A stretch of DNA of 64,000 nucleotides. Origin: Podarcis pityusensis (taxonomy: Eukaryota). The notes beneath the pieces are model-generated. The model was not told where the DNA came from. It worked only from the letters and a program-made list of their open reading frames with translations, and did no database searches. The stretch is taken from NCBI GenBank assembly GCA_964106645.2, contig OZ067039.1; one strand, 5' to 3'. The position numbers and the translations under genes are program-made. Positions 36,140-49,972 of the stretch are shown one piece after another. The number at the start of each line of letters is the position of its first letter. The first letter of the stretch is position 1.

Positions 36140-39100
36140 CTGCAATCAGAAACAGACAAAAGCACAATAAGCACAGCGAGCAACAAGTACATTTTCAGCA
36201 TTGTGCCATTGTAACAAAGTTCAACAAAATTAGCCACACAAATCAGCCAGCCCCTTTATTGCATCAAATGAAAATGGATGAGAAATAACCAGGCCAGGCT
36301 GTGGCAGTGGAAACGAGGCAGAGAGGAGCAAAGACACAGATGGTAACTAAAGCAGGGGGAGAGCTGAGAGTTGTTTGGAGACAGCCATCTTTTTAAAGGC
36401 ATCTTAGAGGGAGGTGAGTGGCCTGGCGGTAAAGTGCAGCCTGTCCAGTATCCAAACACATTGGGTGAGAAGCTCAAGAGACAGAGCCTTGCACGTTAAT
36501 CCTAGACGCATTTGGGGAGCTTGGTTTCAGTGGGGTTGACTTCCAGCTAAAGTGATCAGTCGGGGAGGAAGGATCTAGTTATGGAGAGGACCAGCAGTGA
36601 GATTAATGTCCAGAGGAGACCCGCTAATAAAATTGAGAGTCTGAGTCTCATTGTATCACATGGGTGTCAGCAGCACATACAAAATCAGCAAGAAGGATAA
36701 ATTGCTCCATTCTGTCACACATTCTTTTCAACAATGAGCTCTCCTTCCTTCATCCATTGGCAAAATCTCCTTCTTGATATAAGAGAGTGAGCAGAATGCT
36801 CCAGTAAATTCTGATACTCTCCACCAGTGCCTGCTCTGTGTTCTGAACCACATTCCGGATATTTGTTTGGAGGACATATTTGTTTCTTCAGATTGCAGTT
36901 CCATCGAGATAAAAATAGAGGGTCGCCTCCTCCACCACCATATCTTAACGCCCTCCAGTGATGAACATGCTGTTAGGATTGAATCACAACTCTGTATTTG
37001 TCCTACAGGAATAAATGGCAGCAACGAAAAGGTAGGGGCAAAACCTGCTCCTTGAACTCCACTCCCCAACTGGCAGTCCAGCCTTTTCCTATCTGCATAG
37101 TCTCATCATGGAGCCTTTTTTCCCTCTCCCTACCATCAATGTTGGCTAGTTCTCACTGACTAGGAAATTTGTACTTCGTTGTACTCTATCACCAAGGGGG
37201 AGGCTGTCTCAGTGTGTTCACAGGCTTTGTGAAGATGACTTGGCACACAGTTCCCAGCTCATTTGGGTCTCACTCTCTGAACCATTTCTGGGTCTTGCTA
37301 TTTCTTCTGTGTCATGGGTTAAGGGCATGAGAGGAAAGCATCGCTCTTCCCAAAGCTGCGCAAAAGCTCTTTATCTCATGGCTGAATTGTAGCCTAGTTA
37401 TTTATACAGTGAAAGTTGTCCAGAATCCAAAAATAAAGATTGCGGACACAATTCTCATCTCCATTTTAATAAGTGTCAAATTATTGTTTGTTTGTTTTCT
37501 TTGCACAAAATGTGACTGGGAGCACAGTCAAACTGTGGGATAGGAAAATCAAAGGCCAAGAGAATTATATATTGTGTGATTTTTATTTATTTAAAAACCC
37601 TCTTTTTTTCAATAAAATAAAATAAACAAAACAACCCAAACTGCTTTTAACAAATGGCTTCTCTAGTCCCCACATGCCAGTTGTTACCTCCCGTCACCAA
37701 ATGGATTTATTGTCAGAGTTATGAGTCATTTTGCATTGACGCAATTGGATGAGCTAATTTATTATTTGCCTCCTGTAGTTAACTAGATCCTAAAGCACGA
37801 TAGATATTTTGTTTTATTGAAGACTCAAACCCTGCGCAACTAAAAGGCCAAACAAAAAGAAGAAGAAGATCTTAAAGTGAGTGAGTAAATAAAAAAGTGT
37901 CACAGAGCACCAAAGGCAAAGTTAGAGGAGACACCTCAGTGGTAAAAGACGGTTGTAAAACAGATTCTGGTAAACTTCATAGGGTGAAAACCATCCTACT
38001 TTCAGATATTGCAAGAGCAATCTGAGAAGCTGGTGCACCAGTGCAGAGGCCTGGTTCACAGCTAATGGGATGGTGGGAAAAGCTTTGAGAGAGCATCCGA
38101 TAAAAGTAATCTGCAAGGCAGAAAACCAGTGTTGTTCTTCTGCACAGCTCAATTAATGCACATTACAGAACGCTAAAGTTATGTAGGATCCATGACAAAG
38201 GATGGACGCAAAACAAAGGGACCTTTGCCAAGAGGATTGATGTGAATTCTGCAGACAAACCAACAGCATATGGTTGTCTGAGAAAAAATCTATGTCAATA
38301 TGGGGTTGAATGTGTTGGTTCTTCTATGAGGGAAGTCGTGGCAGTAGTGGAAGTTTAGAAGTTAAAGTCTGGAGTGAGAGTACAATGATGAAAGGAGAAT
38401 TACACACATAGGATTGTATCCAAAGTAGCATTGAGTAATATTTTCTGACAGAACAAGGATTTCCACTTGCACAGCTGGACTTACCTCCTCTCCCCTCTTG
38501 TGTGCTTCCTAAATCTGTTTTAGGGGCTCTCCAAACTCTCCAGCAGAGTAGATTTGGGGAGTGAGTTGGACACAAAGGAGGAAAAAGTCCCAATGTGCAA
38601 GCGGAAATCCTTGTGCTGATGGACCACGTTAGTTGGATACTGCCCCACAACACAGACCTGTCCTGAGTCTTCAGTTATCACAATTTTTAAGAGCATGTGC
38701 ATTGAATAATGAGTATTGCAATTAAACATAATTAACTTTCTCGTTGTGCCTGCCAGGAAAGGCTACTGCTTTTGGCCATAGGGGTGGGAAGTGTTTTGTT
38801 TTCACAGAGAAAATAAATCAGGAAATTGCTATAATTTTAAAAGACAAATAATAGATTTGAAATCTTATAGTTTATAGCCATTTTGATTTTAAAAGAGTGA
38901 CAGGAAGTTTGAATGCTCTGGTTTGAGAGGAAGGGTCCCAGTGAGAGTGCCACCATGGTGTTAAGAGAGGCTTGTCAGCTGTGTGACTTGCTTGCCAATG
39001 ATAAATAGTGACAAATCAATAATGACTAAAACCTGTGTCTATCACCCAATCATATGAATCTTTGTTCATATGAGTTTGGGTACGTTGATTAATTTATTGA

Positions 39101-41369
39101 TTAAACTTGCATACATTTGCATATGAGATAAAAACGGTTCTAAAGAAAAACGTACTTTGTTTTAAAATTATGCCCACAAGTGGCACAGTAGGCCTCATCT
39201 TTGAAGAGCTGTCCCCTGTTCTATCACACACAGAAGGACATGACACTGCTTGACATCTGAAACTTCTTTAAGTACTTATGTTAAAAACTGATAATGTAGA
39301 TATACCAATTTGGGGGCAGCTTGTCAGCTGATCAAATTAAACCTATTAACCTAACCAATTAACTGACTAAATCCTGAACCCCTACTAACACCACTAACTA
39401 ACTGACTGCATTTACACACCACAGTAAATGCTTTTGCCATAAACACAGGTAATGGTTTAAACATAAACACACAGGGGCTTCCTGTTTTGATCATTCCCTA
39501 GCAGGAAGAACAAAACATAATCCCTAGTGTTACATCTGAATTGGAGATAGCAGTTTGTTTCACTCCAAACAAAGTTTGTTCTTGACTTACCAATCAAACT
39601 TAGTTTGAGTGAAACAAATCACAATCCTTGGCTCAGATATTATTAGGGATGTAAGAAAACATCATTTTCTGTTCTGACCTCTATTTGTTGCATGCAGCAC
39701 TTCCACTGCGCTTTGTCTTCCACAAAAAACCACTTTATCTGTATTTCCATCCACTGTGTCAAATTATGTACCTTATGTAATTTACATGCAAATTATGTTG
39801 CCGTAATGTTATTCCCCCCTATTCATTTCAACGCAAAGGAAACACAATGCAAGTAGGGGTGGGGAAAAGTAATAATTTATGTATCATCTGTGGACTGAAA
39901 GCAGCAACAACAACAGGTGGATTTCCATTTTGGACATGGGATGAATAAGTGAACATTGGCAATTTCCACTCCTGTTTCCATTCTTCTTGGAATTCCGCAG
40001 CATCCCCAGATGTAATGTTAAGCCAGAGATTGTGCTCATGCTTGTAATAGGGGAGAAGCAAAGCAGGTGTGATCTCCACATTCACAACAAACCATTAACT
40101 GTGGTTTATATTAATTGTGAACTGGGCAATGAGGCTTCTATATAGGCTTATGAGCCTTGTCAATGTGAGAAAAGGCATCAAAGGAGAAGGCAAAACAAAA
40201 ACCCACCCTTAAATTAGGAGGGCTGGAAGACCTAATACTATGGACATGTGCAGAAAACATGTGATTTATTTGCTATATTTATATATGCTGCTCCTCATTT
40301 TTTGTGAGGTTCTCAGTGGTCTCCTATCCAAGTCCACACTCACTTAGTATCAATCAAGTTACATCATGTATTCCCAAGGGATTTGCTAGGCAGTGACTGC
40401 AAACGGGATGTAGTTGGGTGTAATTCTCTAACTACCTACCACTGATGAATATGTGAATGCCCAGAAACAAAAGTAATCAATGGGATCTCTTCCTACAACA
40501 TAGGAAGCATGATTATATTAAGGGCAATTACCTTGCCCTTTCTAAGTTTTGCATAAACCGATTAGGAAGGCAGTCGAGAAATGGGCAAAGATGTGCGCTT
40601 TTTGTCAAACTCACCAGACAGGTATGAGATGCATGTATTTATCATGGGTCCTTGGGCGTTTTTTATATCCTTCAAAATGCATCTAGGGAAATGTCATATC
40701 TGAAATAGCCCTAAGCACATACTAGTTGAAGCCCATGGTCAAGCACTGTGTCCTAGAAAGAAAGATGTTTGGGACTGTGGAAGAGGGGGAGATGAAATAA
40801 GGTGAAAAGTCTAGAGTCATGGTGGTAACCCATTTGCCTTGGACGCCTAAACAAATGCTGCTATTCTTGCCTCCATACCCCTTGCCACTTTCTTTCTCCC
40901 TCTCTTTGAGGAGTAAAATGCCTTTTAGGGGGTAAACTAGCAGCCTTTATGGGGTGTCAGAACATCCCCTGACAGTTGGCAAACACCAATGACACCTCAT
41001 TTTTGCAGAACATGACAGTTAATTCTGATAGTGGGATAGGATTAAACCTGCCAAGAACTTTGGGCAACGTATTAAATAAACAAGTCTATGTGGATCCACT
41101 CTGTCACACATAACATGCTGTACCTGCACTACATACACTGAAATGCCTCATGAAAATGCCAAACTGCTGCATGCACCATTCGTATGGAAGCGACAGACAT
41201 TCCATGCCAACAATGTAGAATGTTTTTCAGGAGGTGGCTTAAGAGGAAAGCAATAGCAGAGGCCAACTACAACATGCGGCACCCAAAGGCTTAGGCAGTC
41301 ACTGTGTGTGGCTCAGAATCAGTGTGATCCAGCAGAGAGAGAGAGAGAGAGGGTGGGTGCTTGGGGTGG

Positions 41370-41510
41370 GAGACCTGGATTCAGATCCTAGTTTGACCAT
41401 GGACTCACTGGGTGGCCTTGGGCAAGGTGTTATCTCTCTCAGTCTCAGTTTCCCCATCTGCAAAAAATTGGAATAACAATGACCTGCCTCATAGGGTTTT
41501 GCAAGGTGCC
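41370..41510 (+). mobile_element. MIR/CORE-SINE remnant
   Basis: GGCCTTGGGCAAG...CTCTCTCAGTCTCAGTTTCCCCATCTGCAAAA...ATAACAATGACCTGCCTCATAGGGTT resembles the MIR core. Confidence 0.65.
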
Positions 41511-42063
41511 CTACATCCTAAATGAGTTATGAAAATGATACAGTATAGTCTACTTCAGGAATAATCAAGCCCAAACTCCCTTTCCTGTGAGGCTCATTAG
41601 AATCCTAGATTTTGGGATGCATGTGTAAGTAATCTTCTAGATCCGAGTTTAACAGTAATTGCAGTAACAAGCTGAGTATGTGATGGCAAAAATTCCATGC
41701 AATCTGTAGTGCCGGACCAGTTGCTCAACTCAATCTCCTGCTTATGATTGTACCAGAAATAAATAATTTTTGCAGCAGTACAGACTTCTCAGGGTGGGCA
41801 CTATGTAAGAAGGTAACTCTCTGCCACAAATATTTCCTTCCTGCATAAGAGTTGATTCTTGCAGAGGTACATAGCACCAGATCTGTGTGTGCTAAAGTGG
41901 TGCACGTGTACAAGCCTGCTTTGCACTTCTTAGAATCAGAAACAGTCCCTAATGATGCAAAGTTGTATTATATTTATTTGGTGGTGGATAGTGTGACCCT
42001 CAGCTGAGGCTGCATGGGCCTGCTAGTGCATAAAAGATAAAAGTGAGAAAGCAAAGTACTCAC

Positions 42064-42129
42064 GTGGCATGATTCCCTGGCTGGCGAGCTGCTCTCGGCT
42101 TCTTCGCTGCTGCAGCCGCAACTGTAAAA
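42064..42129 (-). CDS. MYOCD: MYOCD exon 2 (RPEL1)
   Basis: ctcccag|TTTTAC...ATGCCAC|gtgagt; 66 nt; (V)LQLRLQQRRSREQLASQGIMP. Confidence 0.96.
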
Positions 42130-44144
42130 CTGGGAGAGAGTGCATCTTTCAGAAAGGGACCTCGAACTTCTGCCACAAATAACTCCAAACTTTTCATTTG
42201 CTAAGATACCTTCCGCTCTGCTGCTAAAGAGGGAAGGTTCAGATCTCTATCACATGCCAAAAAAAGGAGTCATCCTTGTTACAACAGCAGTGTAGATCTG
42301 ACCTATTACTGGAATGCAGGCTTTCTTATTATCTTACTAAAACTAAGCCAATTAACCTGGAGTTTGGTCAAATGACCATTTCCCTTTCTCCATCCTCTCT
42401 CCACACACACACACACACACACACACACGTTAACAACTTCATAACGCAGCAGACACAGTTGCTAATGTTACTACATTACCAAAAAGATGAAAATTTATCA
42501 AGCTATTCTAACTGTGCTGCTTATTAAGATTTTCGAGTAAATGCTTCTCTGCTACATATGTTATTTAGGGTTGAAAGAAGAGGAGCCTTTTGCAATAGTT
42601 TCCATTCTAGAGTTCACAGGAAACAACTCAAAAAAAGTTGCAAAAAAAATTGCTGCAGATCTGGAAAACATGGTCCACACGGATATGTGCTGCTCCATTA
42701 GCTTAAAGAAGGAAAGGGAGTTAAAGAAAATGAATTATCTATGATCACATTTACATGAAAAGGTAGACAGGATTTGTTTTATATGCAATAGATATGCTTG
42801 CTCTGCCAGGCGCAGCCAGGAGATGATCCACTGGACTGAAATTCTAGCTTAAACAAATTCTTAAAAATTTAGTTTGAAATGAAAAGCAAACCAGCACACC
42901 ATCTTGTGTAGGGATGAAATCGATCCTCTTGAGATTTGGCCCATTTTAATGAAAGTGATGAGTGGATGTGGCTCAAAATGAAAAACTGTCTAGGAAACTA
43001 TGGCCTAATGTACATAACAGGTCTGCCTGCAGCTATAAATAATCCAACTTAATCTTGACACCTCTGACATATATGAAGTCCAGCCTGCTCCCCCTGTTAC
43101 TGCTTCAGTTCCTAGGAGCTAGGCTAGCTGTAGGGGCAGTGAATGCCCTTCCTTCTTTGCACCTCATTGCACGATGGAGAGCCACTTGTGTTTGGCAGAT
43201 CATTAGCTTGCCCTGGAGAACAAACACTTGCCTTGTGTCTCTAGAACTGACATATTTATCAGGGGTGCAAATAAAAACAACAACCAATGTCTGCAAATTT
43301 CAAATCAAACCTAACAGTATTCTGAACATTTGATTAAAAAAAATGTGATGAGGGAAGACGGAAACTAAAGAAACTTTTGTCTGCTTTGTAGATATATGAG
43401 GCATTTAGCAGGTGAGGGTCAATTTATTCATCAAAGTCACTATAGGAGGCCAATCCAAATTGCTCCACATATTGTACATGTAGACTTACTATTCTAAAGC
43501 TGCAATCTTAGTCATAATTCCTAGAGAATAATTCATTATGGTGGAACTTGGAGTAAACATGCATAGGATTGCACGGCAACAGGATGGTTTTCACCGTGTC
43601 GTTACCAAATTTTAGATCGGGAGCTTCCAGAGTGGTTGTTTATTTAGCATGCATATGTGTGCACAAAACATATGTGGCAGTTATATGACATCACCTGCTT
43701 ACTTGGCATTCATTCACGTGCAGGTAACCCAATACCCCCAGTGACTGTTATGCAACACTTCCCAGTGCAATTTCCCACCACTTTTCTTATCACTTTCTCC
43801 TTATCAGACTTTTAGTGGTTATAAAACTAACAGCATAATTGCACTAGAAAGTGTGGAATAATAACAGTTTTTTCTGCATATTAACATCCCATCTGGAAAT
43901 GCCCTTCATCTCTATAAAACTGAACTTTTAATCAGCAACAACCCGCCCCCCCCCAAAAAACCCAAAACCCATCTCAACTTAAGCAAAGAGTTACTGCACA
44001 TTATGGCTAACCACATAATTTCCACAATGAGTGATTAAACTGGCCTCCACATGGTGAGCTTAATATATAAACAAACCCTTAACTTAATATATAAATCTGC
44101 CCTTTTAAATTTCCATTGAAATATATATATAAAGAATGGAATGC

Positions 44145-44148
<4 letters not shown>

Positions 44149-44187
<39 letters not shown>

Positions 44188-44280
44188 GTACAAAAATACA
44201 TATTATCTCAATAGGATATACAAAACATTTTGTGTGTGTGTGTGTGTGTGTGAGTGAGTGAGTGAGTGAAAGAGAGAGAG
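44149..44280. repeat. (CA)n tract followed by (TG)n(TGAG)n(AG)n tracts
   Basis: (CA)n at 44149-44184 and (TG)n from 44230 are complementary and ~45 nt apart. Confidence 0.9.
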
Positions 44281-45207
44281 TATTTCATTTCTCTTCTATG
44301 TAAAATGTATTTAAAAAGAAATCTACAATAGTGTCAGATTTTCATAACCATTCAAATGCATCTGATGCTTCATTCGTGTTGGCAATGTCCTCATCTTTGC
44401 TGGAATTAGGTCCTGTACCAGTGACTTATCAGATAATTTAAAAGACACCATTCAGCCCTTTAACAAATTAGCTAATGGATCAAAGATTTAACCTGTTGGA
44501 TATGTTAGAGGGTCTCAGCCTTTAAATCAGCAATACTGGGTTGTGAAGAACACGAAGCTTGTCTTTTTCATCAGAACAAGCTCTGAGGAACTGGGTGGGG
44601 AAACCCTCCAATTTCCACAAACAATCTCTAAGAAATGAGCACTGGAGACAAATGGCTTCCTTGGGGCACCAGCACCCTCTTGAAAAGCTCTCATGATTTG
44701 TTTATGCTTGCACAGACTTAGCACTATAGAGGGATTAAAGCATCTGTTTGCGTGCTGCTTTAATCAGGGCTAGTCAAGGAACTTGCACACTTAAGAGATG
44801 TCACTTCGGCAGGAGAACATGGGAGGAAAGAGATAGAGAGGCGGGAGAGGCAGCTCCCAAAGGTCTGGGCTTTTTGGAAAGCATGGCCTGTTTCATGTGG
44901 TCTCAGGAACCAGATGCAAAGCTTTGACGCCACTAAAACTTAACTGCCAATGCATCAAAATACTCCCCGTTCGCTGCAAAGCCCAGTATCCACAGTCTGG
45001 AAGGCAGGCTTGGATGAATGGCTGCCACCACATAATCCAATTACATCCTTTAATTTCAGTGGTTAAGAATGTCAGATCTGCACCTTAAACACATTTCCCT
45101 GGAAATAATAGGCCCCAGGAATTTCAACGGAATTTGTTTCCCAAGAAGACACACCAGAGTATTGGAATCCCAGGTGTTTAAAATGCCTGAAATGCAAAGT
45201 TGTAAAG

Positions 45208-45511
45208 CATGGGTAGGCAAACTAAGGCCCAGGGGCCGGATCCGGCCCAGTCGCCTTCTAAATCCAGCCTGTGGACGGTCCAGGAATCAGCGTGTTTTTA
45301 CATGAGTAGAATGTGTCCTTTTATTTAAAATGCATCTCTGGATTGTTTGTGGGGCTTGCCTGGTGTTTTTACATGAGCAGAATGTGTGCTTTTATCTAAA
45401 ATGCATCTCTGGGTTATTTGTGGGGCACAGGAATTCATTCATTCCTGCCCCCCAAAAATATAGTCTGACCCTCCACAAGGTCTGAGGGACAAAAAAGTTT
45501 GCTGGCCCCTG
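45208..45511. mobile_element. hAT-type MITE with an internal ~65-bp tandem duplication
   Basis: CATGGGTAGGCAAACT ... AGTTTGCTGGCCCCTG; perfect 8-bp TSD TTGTAAAG on both sides. Confidence 0.85.
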
Positions 45512-45551
45512 TTGTAAAGCATTTCTTTTTACGAATGAGTTGCTCCAATGT

Positions 45552-45685
45552 TAGGGTTGCCATATGTCCTTTTTTCCAGGACACACCTTCTTTTTCATGG
45601 GTAGAGTCGTCCTAGCGATCCATAGTTAAAAGTAGAAATCTGCAAATGTGTCCTTTTTTTTGTTCTTCAAAATATGGCAACCCTA
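45552..45685. mobile_element. Short hAT-like MITE
   Basis: 14-bp TIR TAGGGTTGCCATAT/ATATGGCAACCCTA. Confidence 0.7.
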
Positions 45686-47150
45686 CAGGTACTACTGATT
45701 TTATTTTTTTAAAATAAAGCTGATATTTAATGCCTAATTTCATGATTGGGATTTTGCTTGCAGTGTTTGTGTTCTAAAGAACAGCAAAAGTCACAAAAAG
45801 AGGAAAAACCAAGAGAGAAAGTGGGGTGGCAAAAAGAGAGAAAGGGGGATCGATTTTTGGCTCTGACCCTGCCCAGTGCTGACTCCAGCCCCACCCACTG
45901 CTGGTATGCAGACCCTTGGAAAATGTTCCTGAAGGAATGTGGCCCACAATAAAAAGATACAGAAGTTACCCAACTGAAGAAGAATGGACAAATAGGGATA
46001 AATAGCAATCACTGGAAGACATTGAACTGATTTCTTTCATCTGCTCTCAACTAGCAGGTGTGCTATCAGCCAACAGAACTAGTAACACAACTAGCAAGTA
46101 CTTCGATACAATGAAAATTAACACCAAAAACATTTAAGCACAGGTCCAGAATAAAGCCTTTTCCATATTGTATGTATTTGGTAAAGAGGTAAGTGCAACG
46201 ATATGATAGACGATTGATTGTTTTTTAAATAAAGTGCATATAGGGATGTTTCGTAGAAACTTACTGTGGATAACACTTCAGCAATAAGATGGAATCCTTG
46301 TTTATATCCACAAATGACCCACTGGCAATTACTACTGAATGGACATGTTGTGAAGATGCCCACTGGAAAATACTTTATAGATCTGGCTTCTTTTTCCTGA
46401 TGGGTTTTTAAAACAAGGCCTGTGCTTATTTCACAAACATAAACTGGCTGTTACAGAAATAGTAGGCAGGACATGCAATCATTGTTTCATTGCTTCTAGT
46501 ATGAAAAAAATACAGGCTACACTGGCATCACTAAGCTATCAACTCATAATCTCTTCATAGAAGTTAGCCTGACCCCACAGATCTGTTGGCTAAGGCAACT
46601 TGCCAGTGTGTTTGGGTAGGGAGTAAAATGTATGGGTCACTCACATTTGAAGTTTGCTCCTAAGCAACAAAGCTGCCGTACAGTTGGTCAAGCCCAGCTG
46701 ACATTTAATCCACAGCTATTTGGAGTTCGCTAACAAGGCACAAATTAACTCTTTTTGCTCAGTTAATTTCATCCCTCAGAGATCTTGTGGTGCTCCTAGG
46801 TCACAGAAGTGTGACTAATTTGGACACTCCACCTCATAATTAAGGATGAACCTAGATAAGATGCTTGTGTATATTGTTAATCTAATATGAACAAACCCAG
46901 GATCTCTAATAGCCATTACAGTAATGTATATATTTGAGGCATGAAGGTTTCTGCTTTGAGGCAAGAGGCTGGGTTTGAAAATCATCTACCGCCTTGCAGA
47001 CCAATAATTCTTTGATATAAGCTCCAGAGGTACACAAAACAAACAGGCCAAAAAAATTTCACCTTGTCCGTTCACTCAAAATTATGTATTCTTCTATTAT
47101 TAGATCAGGAGTTGAAAGAGAGAATGAATTATCAATACTTCAAGAGGTTA

Positions 47151-47409
47151 CCGTATTTTTTGCTCTATAAGACTCACTTTTTCCCTCCTAAAAAGTAAGG
47201 GGAAATGTGTGTGCGTCTTATGGAGCGAATGCAGGCTGCGCAGCTATCCCAGAAGCCAGAACAGCAAGAGGGATTGCTGCTTTCGCTGCGCAGCGATCCC
47301 TCTTGCTGTTCTGGCTTCTGAGATTCAGAATATTTTTTTTCTTGTTCTCCTCCTCCAAAAACTAGTTGCGTCTTATGGTCTGGTGCGTCTTATAGAGCGA
47401 AAAATACGG
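47151..47409. mobile_element. Tc1/mariner-pogo MITE with an internal palindrome
   Basis: TA|CCGTATTTTTTGCTCTATAAGAC ... GTCTTATAGAGCGAAAAATACGG|TA. Confidence 0.85.
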
Positions 47410-49627
47410 TATTTCTTAATTGGTCAGAAGGTGGAGGTAAGTGTGTTCTTGTGGGGTGAGCAATAGAAATCTTTAAGAATCTGTATGTAAATCCTGAACA
47501 GTATTCCAGTTGCCTTCTTTACAGTATGTGTATTTCATTCCTCCCTGTAATGTATGCAACATCTCACCACCACCAAAAAATAGCTGCACCTCCTCTTAGA
47601 TTACAGTTTTGGCAATGTAGGGATGGCTGCTACTTTTCTACATTATCTACAATACCCTCCGCACCTTATAAATCGGTTGTCTTTCTCCTTGAGCATCTGA
47701 AACAACCCTGACATAATCATGGACAAGATAAGTGGGGATAAAAAAGAAAATCAGACAAGTCTTAGCCTACCTTGAGGACCTCAATGTACTTTGAGGAGTG
47801 GGCAGAATGTATTGGGGGTGGGGGGAATCTACAGTAAGAATTCCAGTAAAAAAAATATAATTATTGAAATTCAGAGTGTAAAATAAAACCACCAACTCTG
47901 ATTTTTAGAACCCCAAAAGTGATAATTGAAAGAACAGCATTTACTCTTAACTTCACATGTTGCTCATTCTTTTCATCAGATGTCTCTAACCTTCAAATAC
48001 TGTATTTAATTGATTATTCCTCTCTGTAACATTAGAGGGATCTTTACTCCAACTACAATGTCTTATTGCTAAAAGATCCCCTACCAGGTTCGTAATTTTA
48101 AAACAAAAACTCTACATTAACCCTAGGCGTTTAAGAAGACACTTGCTCTAACATTTAACCCAAATCTGAATTGCTAGACTATGAAATCAGCACCTCCAGT
48201 TCTTACGTCTCTCCCCACTGCCTCATAGATACTCAGGCTAAAGGAGATGGAGTACAGATGTACCGGTATTTTTTAATAATTTACACATCTGTTGCACTTG
48301 AAGATGAGCATGGGAGAGCAACTCTATCATACAGGTAGACACCTGGGATTTTGCAATTTAAGGGTCACTCAAACCAGGCAGAAGCAGTAAATATGGACTC
48401 TTGTGCTGCTTTGAGCTTTCCATACGAAAACAAATTGCACCTCGTATCTTTTGCAATTACAAGTTCTAGGGCACAAAACACTCTCAGCCAGCCCTGGACT
48501 CCTAGTCTGCATTGTGCAAAATGGGATTCATAGCATAAGACACCAGTAACACCCAGACTCATTTCATTTCAACATTTCACTATCTTGATGCTCTTGAGCC
48601 ATCAACACTAAGTTATTGATATACCAGTGGCCCAACTCACCCACTTTTCCCATTATGGCTCCACTGGAAGTCAGAGATCTCTGTTATCTACAAACCATCA
48701 AGTATCACTTCCAACAAACAATCATTTTTCAGTAGAACTTTTAAGATTCTCCAGCTATTTTATGCTAGACTCTGGAGCCCCATCTCTGAACTTACCCAGT
48801 AAGGCTGAGGCAGTGGGCCTGGGAAGTGACATTTCCTTATGCAGCCAATCAGACTGTGGCAACTTACCCAACCTGTCCCCTCACTGATGGCCAAGCAAGT
48901 GAGAGATGACCTCTAAAGGAGTTTAATGACTTCCATTTACAGCACTCCAATAACATATGGATTTGTATTTTTTGGAGACACAATGCCATGGATAGTGTTT
49001 CCTGGGAAGAGTTAAACACTTAGCAAGAGAATTCTTAGGCCAACTCCTCGTGCTTTGTCCTATTTGATTTAAGGCAATTCCATTGATATTTGGAAGGCAG
49101 GCAAAAAGAATCATTGTTTCTGTGGAATTTGTCAGGATGACCTCAGGTTTGTGTATTTATCTTTGGTAAAATAGACAAAATAAACATACACACAAATCCT
49201 AGTCTCTTAACTCAGAAGGAAGTGGGAGGGGAGAACATGCCTGCAACATCGCTGAAGATTTTTGACATATTAGATTTATACTCCACTCAGAGCAGTGGCT
49301 TGTTTTACCATAAGTTTCACTTGAAGGCGCAAGTTTACAATGTAAACAAGTCTTATCTCCCCCCCCCCCCCTTTGGCAGAACGCTATGCAAAAGAGCAGG
49401 CTGGATGACCATCTAGTGGGAATGATTAGTAATAGAGTTGGACTAGTTTACCTTTGAGAACCCTTCCAACTCTGTAAAGCACATTTCCTCCCAAAGGTAA
49501 CTATAGTTAAGAGTGCTGGGAATTTCTGTTAGGCGTAAACAACAGTTCCCAGGATTCTATTTTTTTGGGGAGTGGAGGTGCTTTAAATGTATGGTATGTA
49601 TGCAACCTGTGATTATATGAAAAACTA

Positions 49628-49972
49628 TGGCGCTGTGGGTTAAACCACAGAGCCTTGGGCTTGCTGATCAGAAGGTCAGCGGTTTGAATCCCCGCAACGG
49701 GGTGAGCTCCCGTTGTTCGGTCCCTGCTCCTGCCAACCTAGCAGTTCGAAAGCACGTCAAAGTGCAAGTAGATAAATAGGTACCGCTCTGGCGGGAAGGT
49801 AAATGGCGTTTCCGTGCGCTGCTCTGGTTCGCCAGAAGTGGCTTAGTCGTGCTGGCCACATGACCCAGAAGCTGTATGCCGGCTCCCTTGGCCAAAAAGC
49901 GAGATGAGCGCCGCAACCCCCGAGTTGGCCACGACTGGACCTAATGGTCAGGGGTCCCTTTACCTTTACCTT
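49628..49972 (+). mobile_element. Sauria-type SINE, near full length
   Basis: Closely similar to the 18353 copy from TGGCGCTGTGGGTTAAACC to CCCTTTACCTTTACCTT. Confidence 0.9.
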
